The translations under genes were made by a program, and so were the position numbers. DNA of 64,000 bases from an uncultured bacterium (GTDB lineage Bacteria; Patescibacteriota; Minisyncoccia; Moranbacterales; UBA2206), in assembly GCA_903831805.1 (NCBI GenBank), contig CAIKZD010000009.1:8786-72785 (forward strand). Reading direction: 5' to 3'. Each line of letters begins with the position of its first letter. Within the stretch, counting starts at the first letter, position 1. Positions 37,277 through 46,521 of the stretch are shown piece after piece. The notes below the pieces were generated by a model that saw only the letters and a list, made by a program, of their open reading frames with translations, ran no database searches and was not told where the DNA came from.

Positions 37277-37888
37277 ATGAAAAAAATCACAATCAAGAAG
37301 GGTGGATTTGTTTGTAGGGTGGCTTATGGAAATGAATCATCGCCACCTGTAAATACGAATCTTTGCAAGATTTTCTGGCGTTTTCTGTTTATGTTTTTCA
37401 TCTACTGGCCCTATAACGGCCTGAAAAAAATCGCCCAGTTTTTGTTAGTATTGTGTGGAACTATAATCGCCTGTGTCGTGATAGCTATTCTTTTTATCTT
37501 TTCTTTTTTGTTTGCCAAGAGACCTACTTGTCTTAAGAAAGATGAAACTGGAAATAAGGGAGCATTTATAGCTTATGAGCATTGGCCAAGGATTAGAGGC
37601 AGAAGAGTTTATCCTATATGGATTGTAACCGGTATTCTTATAGTGGTGTATCATAAATGGATCATTTTTTTTGCCGCCGCATTGCCTAGCGCTCTCTGGT
37701 CCGCTGATCCAATGTATTCAAAGGAGCTTTGGATTGTGCTTGCGATTTCCGTATCGGCTTTGGCTGTGCTGATTGGCATTTACCATGCACTAAAGAAGAT
37801 AAAGAATTCGGAAGTCTGGATGCTTCTCAAAGAGAGTATCAAGGCCAAAAAACAAGGGCTATGTCTACCTGTCGAAATCGTTGAATAA
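37277..37888 (+). CDS. Hypothetical multi-TM membrane protein
   Basis: Hydrophobic segments; promoter ttgaca-17-taagat; aggag SD; terminator at 37915-37955. Confidence 0.75.
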   Translation: MKKITIKKGGFVCRVAYGNESSPPVNTNLCKIFWRFLFMFFIYWPYNGLKKIAQFLLVLCGTIIACVVIAILFIFSFLFAKRPTCLKKDETGNKGAFIAYEHWPRIRGRRVYPIWIVTGILIVVYHKWIIFFAAALPSALWSADPMYSKELWIVLAISVSALAVLIGIYHALKKIKNSEVWMLLKESIKAKKQGLCLPVEIVE

Positions 37889-38005
37889 CGATGAGGGGGG
37901 ATGTATAATTATCCAAAGAGCCAATCGCGGGAATAATCGTGATTGGCTCTTTTTTATTCCCTCAAAAAACTATTGACAACTTTTTTAAATTGGTTAAAAT
38001 ATGAA

Positions 38006-38032
38006 TTAGCACTCACACTTGACGAGTGCCAG
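38006..38032 (+). promoter_or_regulatory. CIRCE element
   Basis: TTAGCACTC-N9-GAGTGCCAG, downstream of ttgaca-16-taaaat and upstream of hrcA. Confidence 0.92.
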
Positions 38033-38053
38033 CGGAGGATATATAATGGTTTT

Positions 38054-38791
38054 ATGAATGAGAGACATAAAAAAATATTAGCGGCCATTATTGAAGAATA
38101 TACCACTTCGGCTGTTCCGGTCGGCTCAAAAATCTTGTCGGACAAATATGATTTCAAAGTCAGTCCGGCCACTATTCGCAGCGACATGGCGGAATTGGAA
38201 GAGGGCGGTTTTCTCTATCAGACCCACATCAGTTCCGGCCGGATTCCGACAGACAAAGGTTATCGGCTGTTTGTGGAGGAAATCATGGGGGACAAAAAAT
38301 TGAGCCTGACTGAACAACGGAAGTTGCAATCGGAAATGTTGAAACTGAAAGCTCAGAACAAGCAGTTGTCGCGCGTGACCGCCAAGCTCTTGTCGTCGCT
38401 CAGTGGCAACTTGGTGATTAGCGGCCTGGAGAATGAATCGTATGATTTCGGGATGCGGGAACTTTTGGCCAAGCCGGAATTCCAGCATGTGGACGAATTT
38501 TGTCGTATTGCGGAAGCGCTGGACTATATCGATGAGAACGTGGAAGCCATTTTGGCCAAAGTGAAAGATGGGGAAACGAAAATTTTCATCGGCAGCGAAA
38601 ATCCGATCAAGGGGATTGATAATTGTTCCATGGTGGTGACGCCGTACACCACCAAGACCGGCGAAAAGGGTGTGCTGGCGATTGTGGGACCCAAAAGGAT
38701 GAAATATGCCAAGAATAAGTCACTGTTGGATTATGTGAAGAAAATGATCGGAGGAGTGGTAGTGATTGTTTTATTTATAAATATTATTTAG
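38054..38791 (+). CDS. hrcA: Heat-inducible repressor HrcA (short form)
   Basis: PVGSK, SPATIRSDM, SSGRIPTDKGYR, VGPKRMKY. Confidence 0.92.
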   Translation: MNERHKKILAAIIEEYTTSAVPVGSKILSDKYDFKVSPATIRSDMAELEEGGFLYQTHISSGRIPTDKGYRLFVEEIMGDKKLSLTEQRKLQSEMLKLKAQNKQLSRVTAKLLSSLSGNLVISGLENESYDFGMRELLAKPEFQHVDEFCRIAEALDYIDENVEAILAKVKDGETKIFIGSENPIKGIDNCSMVVTPYTTKTGEKGVLAIVGPKRMKYAKNKSLLDYVKKMIGGVVVIVLFINII

Positions 38792-38842
38792 TTTTTTGAG
38801 AATGACAAATATAAAAAAATTTAAGCAGCTTAAAAAAAGCGT

Positions 38843-39727
38843 ATGGAGAATAAAAAAAATGAAGTTCAGCCCAAGTCGCGGGTGATGACGTTGACGATTA
38901 AGGCGGTGGTCTTGAACAGGGCCAATGAGGTGCTGGTTCTGCGGCGTTCGCAGGCTAATAAATATGGCATCGGGAAATATGATCTGCCGGGTGGGCATAT
39001 CGAAGAGAATGAGGGCTTACGCAGTTCTATCCTGCGGGAAATCAAAGAAGAAACCGGATTGGATGCGACCATGGGAGAAATCATTGATGTGGTGGAATTT
39101 CCGGAAGACTCTGCGCAGTTCAAGGAAGAAAAAAGAGGGCTGCGGTGTATCTGCTACGTCGATTCTGACGAGGTGGAACTGAGTCCGGAACATGATGAAT
39201 TCAAATGGGTACCTTTGGACATGGCGGCTGATATGTTCTCCGCAGAGGATGGTTTTGAGAAAGAAAAAAGAGAAACGGTTTTGAAAGCGCAAAAATATCT
39301 GGAGATGCAAGAAGCGACTGACAGATGGAAACGGGCGGCAGCGGACTTTGAAAATTATAAAAAAAGGCAACTGGAAGAACGGAAAGACATGATTGCGTTT
39401 TCTAATCTGAATTTGATGGCCGAAATCATCCCTGTCTTGGACAATTTCCACGCTTCGACGGATCACATCCCAAAAGAGCAAAAAGAAAATGCCTGGGTCA
39501 TCGGTATTATGCATATCCAGTCACAACTGGAAAAGGTGCTGGAAGATAATGGAGTGACGGAAATCAAAGTGGCGGTAGGAGAGGATTTTAACCCGGAAAT
39601 TATGGAAGCGCTGGGCAACGGAGGCGAGGAAAAAGGCGAATGTAAAAATATTGTCAGTAAGATTGTGCAGAAAGGATATAAAATGGGTGGCAGGATTGTG
39701 AGGGCGGCGAGAGTGATTGTGGAATAG
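38843..39727 (+). CDS. grpE: NUDIX hydrolase-GrpE fusion
   Basis: NUDIX box GGHIEENEGLRSSILREIKEETGL; GrpE RAAADFENYKKR…QKGYKMGGRIVRAARV. Confidence 0.88.
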   Translation: MENKKNEVQPKSRVMTLTIKAVVLNRANEVLVLRRSQANKYGIGKYDLPGGHIEENEGLRSSILREIKEETGLDATMGEIIDVVEFPEDSAQFKEEKRGLRCICYVDSDEVELSPEHDEFKWVPLDMAADMFSAEDGFEKEKRETVLKAQKYLEMQEATDRWKRAAADFENYKKRQLEERKDMIAFSNLNLMAEIIPVLDNFHASTDHIPKEQKENAWVIGIMHIQSQLEKVLEDNGVTEIKVAVGEDFNPEIMEALGNGGEEKGECKNIVSKIVQKGYKMGGRIVRAARVIVE

Positions 39728-39807
39728 AGATAATTCGTAGTAATAAAAATAATTTAATAAGACTATCAGACATTAAGAATTTAATGGAGGATGGTTAATA
39801 AAAAAGT

Positions 39808-41733
39808 ATGGCAAAAATATTAGGTATCGATTTGGGAACAACTAACTCAGCCATGGCTGTGGTGGAAGGCGGCAGTCCGACTATTTTGGAAAATAAGGAA
39901 GGAGTGCGCACGACGCCTTCGATTGTAGCGATTTCAAAATCCGGCGAACGTTTGGTGGGGCTTTTGGCCAAGCGCCAAGCGGTCACCAATCCGAGTAACA
40001 CTTTGTATTCCATTAAGCGTTTGATCGGCCGCGCGTTTTCGGACGAAGAAGTGCAGCGCGATATGAAACTGATGCCGTATAAGATCGAGCAAGCTGGCGG
40101 CAGTGTGAAGATCAAGATGGGGGATAAGGATTATACTCCGCAAGAAATTTCGGCCATGATTTTGGGCAAGCTCAAGGCGGACGCGGAAGAGAAATTGGGT
40201 GAAAAAATCACTGAAGCGGTCATCACCGTGCCGGCCTATTTTGATGATGCACAAAGAAAAGCCACTAAGGAAGCGGGCGAAATTGCGGGCCTCAATGTGC
40301 GCCGCATCATCAATGAACCGACCGCGGCGGCCTTGGCTTATGGTTTCAATAAGAAAAAAGACGAAAAAATTGCGGTCTACGACTTGGGCGGCGGTACTTT
40401 CGACATTTCCATTTTGGAAGTGGGCGACGACACCGTGGAAGTGAAATCGACCAACGGCGACACGCATTTGGGCGGCGACGATTTTGATCAAGTCATCATC
40501 AGTTGGATAATTTCAGAATTCAAAAAACAAGAAGGCATCGATTTGGGCAATGATCCATTGGCTCTGCAACGCATCAAAGAAGCGGCGGAGAAAGGCAAGA
40601 TTGAACTGTCGACGGCCGCCGAAACGGAAATCAATCAGCCGTTCATCACAACTGATGCTAATGGTCCGAAACACTTGGTGATGAAAATGACGCGCGCCAA
40701 ATTGGAAGAATTGGTGGGGGAACTGGTTGCGAAAACTTTGGAGCCGACCAAGAAAGCTTTGGCGGATGCAAAATTGTCCGTAACTGATATCAACGAAGTG
40801 GTGATGGTGGGCGGTATGACCCGCATGCCACTGGTCGTGAAAACGGTGGAAGAATTCTTCGGCAAGAAAGTTAACCTGACGGTGAACCCGGATGAAGTGG
40901 TGGCGCTCGGGGCGGCAATTCAAGGGGGCGTGCTACAAGGTGATGTGAAAGATGTTTTGCTGCTTGATGTTACTCCACTGACACTCGGCATTGAAACGAT
41001 GGGCGGCGTGCGCACTCCGCTCATTGAAAGGAATACGACCGTTCCAACTTCCAAATCGCAAGTCTTTTCCACGGCGGCCGACAATCAGCCTTCGGTGGAG
41101 ATTCATGTTTTGCAAGGCGAGCGCGAAATGGCGGCGGATAACAAAACTTTAGGCCGCTTTATCCTGGACGGCATCCCGCCATCTCCGCGCGGCATTCCGC
41201 AAGTGGAAGTCAGTTTTGACATTGACGCGAACGGTATTCTTAGTGTGAAGGCCAAAGACAAAGCTACGAACAAAGAACAATCCATCCGTATTGAAGCTTC
41301 CAGTGGACTGTCTAAAGAAGAAGTGGAAAAAATGAAAAAAGATGCGGAAGTGCACGCTGAAGAAGATAAGAAGAAAAAAGAAAAAGTGGAAATAAAAAAT
41401 ATGGCGGACACTTTGGTGTTCACCACCGAAAAAGCCTTGCGTGACGCGGGAGACAAAATCACCGCTGAAGAAAAGAAACCAGTGGAAGAAGCGATTGAGA
41501 ACTTGAAGAAAGTTAAGGAGGGCGAGGACGCGGAAGCTACTAAGAAAGCTACCGAAGAACTTTCCCTGGCGGCGCAAAAGATCGGGGAGAAATTATATAA
41601 AGCGGCAACTGATGCACAAGCGGCACAAACTCCGCCGACCGGCGACCCCGCCTCCGCTGAAGCTACGGCAGGCGAAGCAAAAACTGAACCGGAAGTGAAG
41701 GACGCAGAGACGAAAGAGGGAGAGGCGAAATAA
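39808..41733 (+). CDS. dnaK: Chaperone DnaK
   Basis: [25 protein letters not shown]. Confidence 0.98.
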   Translation: MAKILGIDLGTTNSAMAVVEGGSPTILENKEGVRTTPSIVAISKSGERLVGLLAKRQAVTNPSNTLYSIKRLIGRAFSDEEVQRDMKLMPYKIEQAGGSVKIKMGDKDYTPQEISAMILGKLKADAEEKLGEKITEAVITVPAYFDDAQRKATKEAGEIAGLNVRRIINEPTAAALAYGFNKKKDEKIAVYDLGGGTFDISILEVGDDTVEVKSTNGDTHLGGDDFDQVIISWIISEFKKQEGIDLGNDPLALQRIKEAAEKGKIELSTAAETEINQPFITTDANGPKHLVMKMTRAKLEELVGELVAKTLEPTKKALADAKLSVTDINEVVMVGGMTRMPLVVKTVEEFFGKKVNLTVNPDEVVALGAAIQGGVLQGDVKDVLLLDVTPLTLGIETMGGVRTPLIERNTTVPTSKSQVFSTAADNQPSVEIHVLQGEREMAADNKTLGRFILDGIPPSPRGIPQVEVSFDIDANGILSVKAKDKATNKEQSIRIEASSGLSKEEVEKMKKDAEVHAEEDKKKKEKVEIKNMADTLVFTTEKALRDAGDKITAEEKKPVEEAIENLKKVKEGEDAEATKKATEELSLAAQKIGEKLYKAATDAQAAQTPPTGDPASAEATAGEAKTEPEVKDAETKEGEAK

Positions 41734-41744
41734 AAAAAGCAAAA

Positions 41745-41860
41745 AATAGAGCGGACTAGCGGACTGTTCGTCGTAACCGACGGACCGTTCGCTTGGCTTA
41801 TCGTAACCGCGAACGGTCCGCTTATCGGAGTACCTCAAGCGAACAGTCCGCGGAAGTTAG
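41745..41860. repeat. REP array (GCGGACYGTTCGC x4, two forward and two reverse) 5' of RAYT
   Basis: Units at 41759, 41780, 41809 and 41839. Confidence 0.85.
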
Positions 41861-41865
41861 TGAAT

Positions 41866-42453
41866 ATGAGTGTTGCAAAATATAAAATAAAAGATTCTTA
41901 TCCAGGTATGGTTTGCCATGTTTATAATAGGGGAGTGAATAAGGAAAAAATATTTAGAGATGAAAATGATTATGTTTTTTATTTGAAAAAAGTCAGGGAA
42001 TATAAGGAAAAATATGAGATAGATGTAATTTGCTATAGCTTTTTGGATAATCATTACCATTACATCCTAGAACAACTAGGAGAGGAGCCAATAACAAATT
42101 TTATGCGCTCGGTTCATACGAGCTATGGACAATATTTCAATAAAAAATATAATAGAGTAGGTCCGCTTTTTCAAGGGAGATTCAAACAGGCAGTACTGAA
42201 TGACAATAATTTTATTTATCTATCCGCTTATGTGAACGCCAATGCTCAAATTCATGGAATTATTGATAAGGCTGAAGAGCATAGGTGGTGCAGTTACCCT
42301 GATTATCTGGGATTGAGAAATGGGACCTTGTGCAATAAAGCAAGAATACTAGATCAGTTTAAGGATATATTGGAGTATAGAGGATTTGTTGAAGAAAATG
42401 TGAAGGAGTTTAAAATTAAAAAAGAAGCAGATAAATTCATACTAGAGGATTGA
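41866..42453 (+). mobile_element. REP-associated tyrosine transposase (RAYT / Y1 HUH)
   Basis: HVYNRG, HUH motif NHYH, GPLFQGRFK, catalytic-Tyr helix LSAYVNAN, WCSY; AT-rich; flanked by REPs. Confidence 0.88.
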
Positions 42454-42467
42454 GTGAATATAACTTA

Positions 42468-42501
42468 GCGAACGGTCCGCTGATTACAGCGAACAGTCCG
42501 C
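42468..42501. repeat. Two REP units 3' of RAYT
   Basis: gcgaacggtccgc and gcgaacagtccgc. Confidence 0.85.
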
Positions 42502-42520
42502 TAAATTTAGTAGAACAATT

Positions 42521-43648
42521 ATGGCGGAAAATTATTACGATTTATTAGGCGTTTCAAAAGGCGCGTCGGACGATGAGATTAAGAAAGCATATCGCCGAGC
42601 GGCGCATCAGCATCATCCGGACAAATCCGGTGGAGATGAGGCCAAGTTCAAAAAAATCAACGAAGCTTATCAAGTTTTGTCTGACAAATCGAAACGCGCG
42701 CAATATGACCAATTCGGGCAAACCTTTAACGGCGGGCAGGGTAGTTTTGGCGGTGGCTCAACCGGCGGTCAAGGCTTTGGCGGATTCGATTTTTCCGGTT
42801 TTGATTTCGGTCAAGCCGGTGGGAGTGGCAATTTTGACGGGGTGGATTTTGAAGATATTTTTTCCAATATTTTTGGCGGCGGCGGAGGCGGAAGTTCACG
42901 CACACGCGGACGTCAATCAGGTCGCGGCCAAGACATTCAAGTGGACATCGAAATCACTTTTGCCGAAATGGTGAATGGCGCACGGAAAAAAGTGCGGCTG
43001 TATAAAAACGCCAAGTGTGATCATTGCCAAGGCAGTGGCGGCGAACCGGGATCGAGCATTAAGACTTGTCCAACCTGTAAAGGCTCAGGCCAAGTGCATA
43101 AAATTACCCGAAGTTTTCTGGGCTCTTTTTCGCAAGTGAGCGTTTGTCCGGAATGCGAAGGGCAGGGCCAGATGTATGAAAAAAAATGCTCAGTCTGCCG
43201 TGGCGATGGGCGAGTGAAGAAAGAAGAAGAGATTGAAATCAATGTGCCCGCCGGCATAGAAAGTGGCCAGACGATTTCGCTCCGTGGGGCAGGCGAAGCG
43301 GGGAAGAATGGTGCGGCTGCCGGGGACTTGTATATTCTTGTGCGAGTGGCCACACATCGCAAGTTTACACGCAGTGGTCTGGATATTCTGAGCCAAGAAG
43401 AAATCAGTTTTTCCATGGCGGCGCTCGGTGGCGAGATTGGGATTGAAACTATTGAAGGTAATTTGATCTTGAAAATTCCGACTGGCACACAATCGGGTGA
43501 AACGTTCCGGATTAAGAACCAGGGCGTGCCGGATCTGCACGGTCGCGGTCGCGGACATCATTTGGTGAAAATTGTGGTGCGGATTCCGAAGCACATCAGT
43601 CGCGAACAAAAAAGGCTGATTGATGAACTCAAAAATTTGGGGGAATAA
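42521..43648 (+). CDS. dnaJ: Chaperone DnaJ
   Basis: HPD J-domain, G/F region, four CxxCxGxG. Confidence 0.97.
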   Translation: MAENYYDLLGVSKGASDDEIKKAYRRAAHQHHPDKSGGDEAKFKKINEAYQVLSDKSKRAQYDQFGQTFNGGQGSFGGGSTGGQGFGGFDFSGFDFGQAGGSGNFDGVDFEDIFSNIFGGGGGGSSRTRGRQSGRGQDIQVDIEITFAEMVNGARKKVRLYKNAKCDHCQGSGGEPGSSIKTCPTCKGSGQVHKITRSFLGSFSQVSVCPECEGQGQMYEKKCSVCRGDGRVKKEEEIEINVPAGIESGQTISLRGAGEAGKNGAAAGDLYILVRVATHRKFTRSGLDILSQEEISFSMAALGGEIGIETIEGNLILKIPTGTQSGETFRIKNQGVPDLHGRGRGHHLVKIVVRIPKHISREQKRLIDELKNLGE

Positions 43649-43696
43649 TTTTTGGGAAAGTTGTGGTATAATATAAAAACAAAATAAAAAAAAATT

Positions 43697-44197
43697 ATGA
43701 ATCTGAATTCTATTCTTGCTCAATTAGGAATCTCAGCCAGCATGACCCAAGATGTTACGTTACTCTTGGCGCTTCTTCTGGTCAGTTTCATCTTCGGAAT
43801 GTTTGTCGGCCGCACTAGGCTCATTACGGTGGTGATCAACACTTATGTGGCGTTTGCCATTCTGGCCGTCATTCCCAAGACTTATCTGACGGATTATAAT
43901 ACGGCGCTTCTGACTTTCTTCGCTCTCTTGGTAGTGCTGACTATTTTTGGCAAAAAGATTTTTGAAATTTCCATTTCCGGCTCCGGCCCGGACTTTCTCT
44001 GGCGGGTGTTCGGGGTGAGTTTTTTGGAAGTGCTTTTGCTGGTCAGTATCGCCATCTCTCTGATGCCCAAAAAAGTCGCCTTGGTCTATGTCTCCAAAAC
44101 GGCTTATGACTATCTGGCCGCACCCAACTTCCAACTGTTGTGGATGGTTTTGCCGCTCATCGGTGTGCTGCTTATCCATAAGAAGCTGAACCGTTAG
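43697..44197 (+). CDS. Hypothetical membrane protein (~5 TM)
   Basis: Strongly hydrophobic ORF. Confidence 0.75.
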   Translation: MNLNSILAQLGISASMTQDVTLLLALLLVSFIFGMFVGRTRLITVVINTYVAFAILAVIPKTYLTDYNTALLTFFALLVVLTIFGKKIFEISISGSGPDFLWRVFGVSFLEVLLLVSIAISLMPKKVALVYVSKTAYDYLAAPNFQLLWMVLPLIGVLLIHKKLNR

Positions 44198-44357
44198 TTG
44201 TCATTCTGAGCGAAGCCTGTACTCGGGCGCAGTCGAAGAATCTGCTTTGTGTAACCACACTAGTTTTCCTATAAATCACAAGACTTGAGGTAATCACGGG
44301 TAGATCCTTCGACTGCGTTCCTCCGCTAGCGCGTCGTCACTCCGCTCAGGATGACAA
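44198..44357. repeat. ~160-bp palindromic MITE/RPE-like element, copy 2
   Basis: ttgtcattctgagcg…cgctcaggatgacaa; colinear with 9576-9734. Confidence 0.85.
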
Positions 44358-44423
44358 TATCCTTGTATTGACTAAAATTGCGAGAGTGATATAATGGCAA
44401 AGTTGTTCCATTCATTTAAATAT

Positions 44424-44472
44424 GCGCCTATAGCTCAGTTGGTAGATCCGCCAGCTGGCGGACTTATAGGCG
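44424..44472 (+). other. Duplicated 5' 23 nt of tRNA-Lys joined to a 16-bp palindrome
   Basis: gcgcctatagctcagttggtaga + tccgccagctggcgga + cttataggcg. Confidence 0.7.
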
Positions 44473-44506
44473 GGGATATCATATTTAAGAAATAAAAATT
44501 TACAAT

Positions 44507-44579
44507 GCGCCTATAGCTCAGTTGGTAGAGCAGTTGCCTTTTAAGCAAACGGTCCCTGGTTCGAGTCCAGGTGGGCGCA
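44507..44579 (+). tRNA. tRNA-Lys(TTT)
   Basis: gcgccta/tgggcgc acceptor, ct-TTT-aa loop, ggttcgagtcc. Confidence 0.93.
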
Positions 44580-44658
44580 CAAATAAAATTTTGAATTTTT
44601 AAAACAGTCTGGAGGCTGTTTTTTGTTTCAATTTGGCTTTTGTTTTACAATCAATTTA

Positions 44659-44770
44659 ACTAGCTTCCGCGGACTGTTCGCTTGAGGTACTCCGACAAGT
44701 GGACCGTTCGCGTTTACTTAAAGCTAAGCGAACGGTCCGTCGATTACGACGAACAGTCCGCTCTATTTTT
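44659..44770. repeat. Inverted homologous copy of the RAYT 5' REP array (REPIN-like)
   Basis: Reverse complement aligns over ~110 bp with 41745-41860, spacers included. Confidence 0.85.
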
Positions 44771-44860
44771 TTAAAAAGTCAACCAATTTGGCTTTTATTT
44801 CTGGTATGGTATAATTAGACGGTGGAAGAAGCATATAATAAAAATGAAAAATTTAAGCAG

Positions 44861-45934
44861 ATGAAGAGTATTAAAGCTGTAGTAGGAATAATTTTTTTGA
44901 CGTTAATCCTTTCGGGCTGTGCTGTGGCGCCGCCAAAAAGTGCCACCGGGCCGGTGACCTTCACTTTTTCGCAAAGTCTATGGAAATCGCTGGATGGCGG
45001 GGGAACGTGGAAAGTGCAGAATAAAGGCGAAGGCAAGGCCAATACGACCGGGGTGGCAGTCTTGAATATGACGGTCAATCCATACGATGGCAACAATGCC
45101 TATTTCGGACTGAAAAGCGGCGGCATTATGGAAACAGTGAATGGCGGTGAGACTTGGAAATTCATGAGCAATTTCATCTCGGAAAAGGTGTATGGCTTGG
45201 CACTTGATCCGACGACTGGCAAAACTCTTTATGCCAGCGCGGTTTGGCAAGGCACCGGGAAAATTTTCAAAACAGATGATGACGGAACCACTTGGAAGGA
45301 AATCTATACCAGTCCGGCCGGTGGGCCATTGGTTATTTCGCTCATGATTAGCCAAAAAAATCCTAATGTGATTTATGCTACCACCAGCGACAACGCCGTG
45401 ATTAAAAGTGTGGATGCCGGGGCCAGCTGGAGAAGCATCTATACAGCGAGCGCGCCCATCTTGAAAATCGCTGAAGATGCGAGCAATGGAAATGTGCTGT
45501 ATGCTATCACCAACACCGGTTTGCTTTTCCGCAGCCAGGATGGCGGAGAGAAATTCGAAGATATCACGGCCAATGTGGGCAAGGCGACCAAAAATTATGG
45601 CGGCAGCGGTGGGGCGGTGTTGGAAGCGGATCCGAGTGTGGCTGGGCGCGTCTATTTGGCCGGCACTTCCGGATTGGTAGTGAGCGATGACACGGGAGAC
45701 AACTGGCGCGCTATTTCTACCCTGAACAATCCGCAAACTTTTCCGATCAAAGCCTTGGCCATCAATCCGAAGAATCCCAGAGAAATCATTTGTGGCGCGG
45801 TGCAAGCCACATATAAGTCAGTCGATGGTGGAGAGAATTGGATCACGGCTCAATTTGACAACAAAATGGCCATTCGGACACTAAAATACAATCCGTCCAA
45901 TCCAAGCGAAATTTATGTAGGATTTACTAATTAA
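44861..45934 (+). CDS. Lipoprotein with BNR/Asp-box repeats (YCF48/VPS10-like beta-propeller)
   Basis: Lipobox LSGC; repeated SxDGGxTW. Confidence 0.85.
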   Translation: MKSIKAVVGIIFLTLILSGCAVAPPKSATGPVTFTFSQSLWKSLDGGGTWKVQNKGEGKANTTGVAVLNMTVNPYDGNNAYFGLKSGGIMETVNGGETWKFMSNFISEKVYGLALDPTTGKTLYASAVWQGTGKIFKTDDDGTTWKEIYTSPAGGPLVISLMISQKNPNVIYATTSDNAVIKSVDAGASWRSIYTASAPILKIAEDASNGNVLYAITNTGLLFRSQDGGEKFEDITANVGKATKNYGGSGGAVLEADPSVAGRVYLAGTSGLVVSDDTGDNWRAISTLNNPQTFPIKALAINPKNPREIICGAVQATYKSVDGGENWITAQFDNKMAIRTLKYNPSNPSEIYVGFTN

Positions 45935-45945
45935 CATTCAAATAT

Positions 45946-46503
45946 ATGATTGACGAAATAATCACAAAGAGTGAGCCTCAGTTCGAGAAAGCGATGGAAT
46001 TCATGAAAGAAGAGTTGGGAAAATTGCGCACTGGGCGGGCCTCAGTCTCGTTGGTGGAAAATTTACAAGTGGACTATTACGGCGCGAAGTCAGTGTTGAA
46101 ACAAATGGCCAGTATTACCATACCGGAAGCGCGCACCATCGCCATCACGCCGTGGGACCGCGACAGCTTGGTGAATATTGAAAAAGCTATTCGGGATTCG
46201 CAACTCAATCTCAATCCGGTCAATGACGGACAACTTATCCGCATCAACATCCCGGCTTTAAACGAAGAACGACGCAAAGAATTGGTAAAAGTCTTAAATC
46301 AAAACACGGAGAGCGCGCGTATCGCCGTGCGTAAAATCCGCGAGAGTCTTTGGGAAGAAATCCAAGAAGCGGAAAAAGCCGGAAAAATTTCCGAAGATGA
46401 CAAATTTTCCGGTAAAGAAAAATTGCAAAAAGTGGTGGATAAATATAACCAAAGGATAGAAGAGATTCGTGAGAAAAAAGAAACGGAGATAATGACAGTG
46501 TAA
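45946..46503 (+). CDS. frr: Ribosome recycling factor
   Basis: LRTGRAS, VDYYG, LNEERRKELVK. Confidence 0.97.
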   Translation: MIDEIITKSEPQFEKAMEFMKEELGKLRTGRASVSLVENLQVDYYGAKSVLKQMASITIPEARTIAITPWDRDSLVNIEKAIRDSQLNLNPVNDGQLIRINIPALNEERRKELVKVLNQNTESARIAVRKIRESLWEEIQEAEKAGKISEDDKFSGKEKLQKVVDKYNQRIEEIREKKETEIMTV

Positions 46504-46521
46504 TAAAAAATTTACAAAACT

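Noticed and set aside
37943-38053. N-terminal extensions in the ORF track (hrcA 37943, mrdA 50312, permease 10431, 31520)
   Set aside because: They run through promoters, CIRCE or upstream genes; downstream ATGs fit family or paralog starts.
41745-41860. Short repeats with spacers resembling a CRISPR array
   Set aside because: Units are 13 nt, switch orientation and have spacers under 20 nt; there are no cas genes, and an adjacent RAYT explains them.
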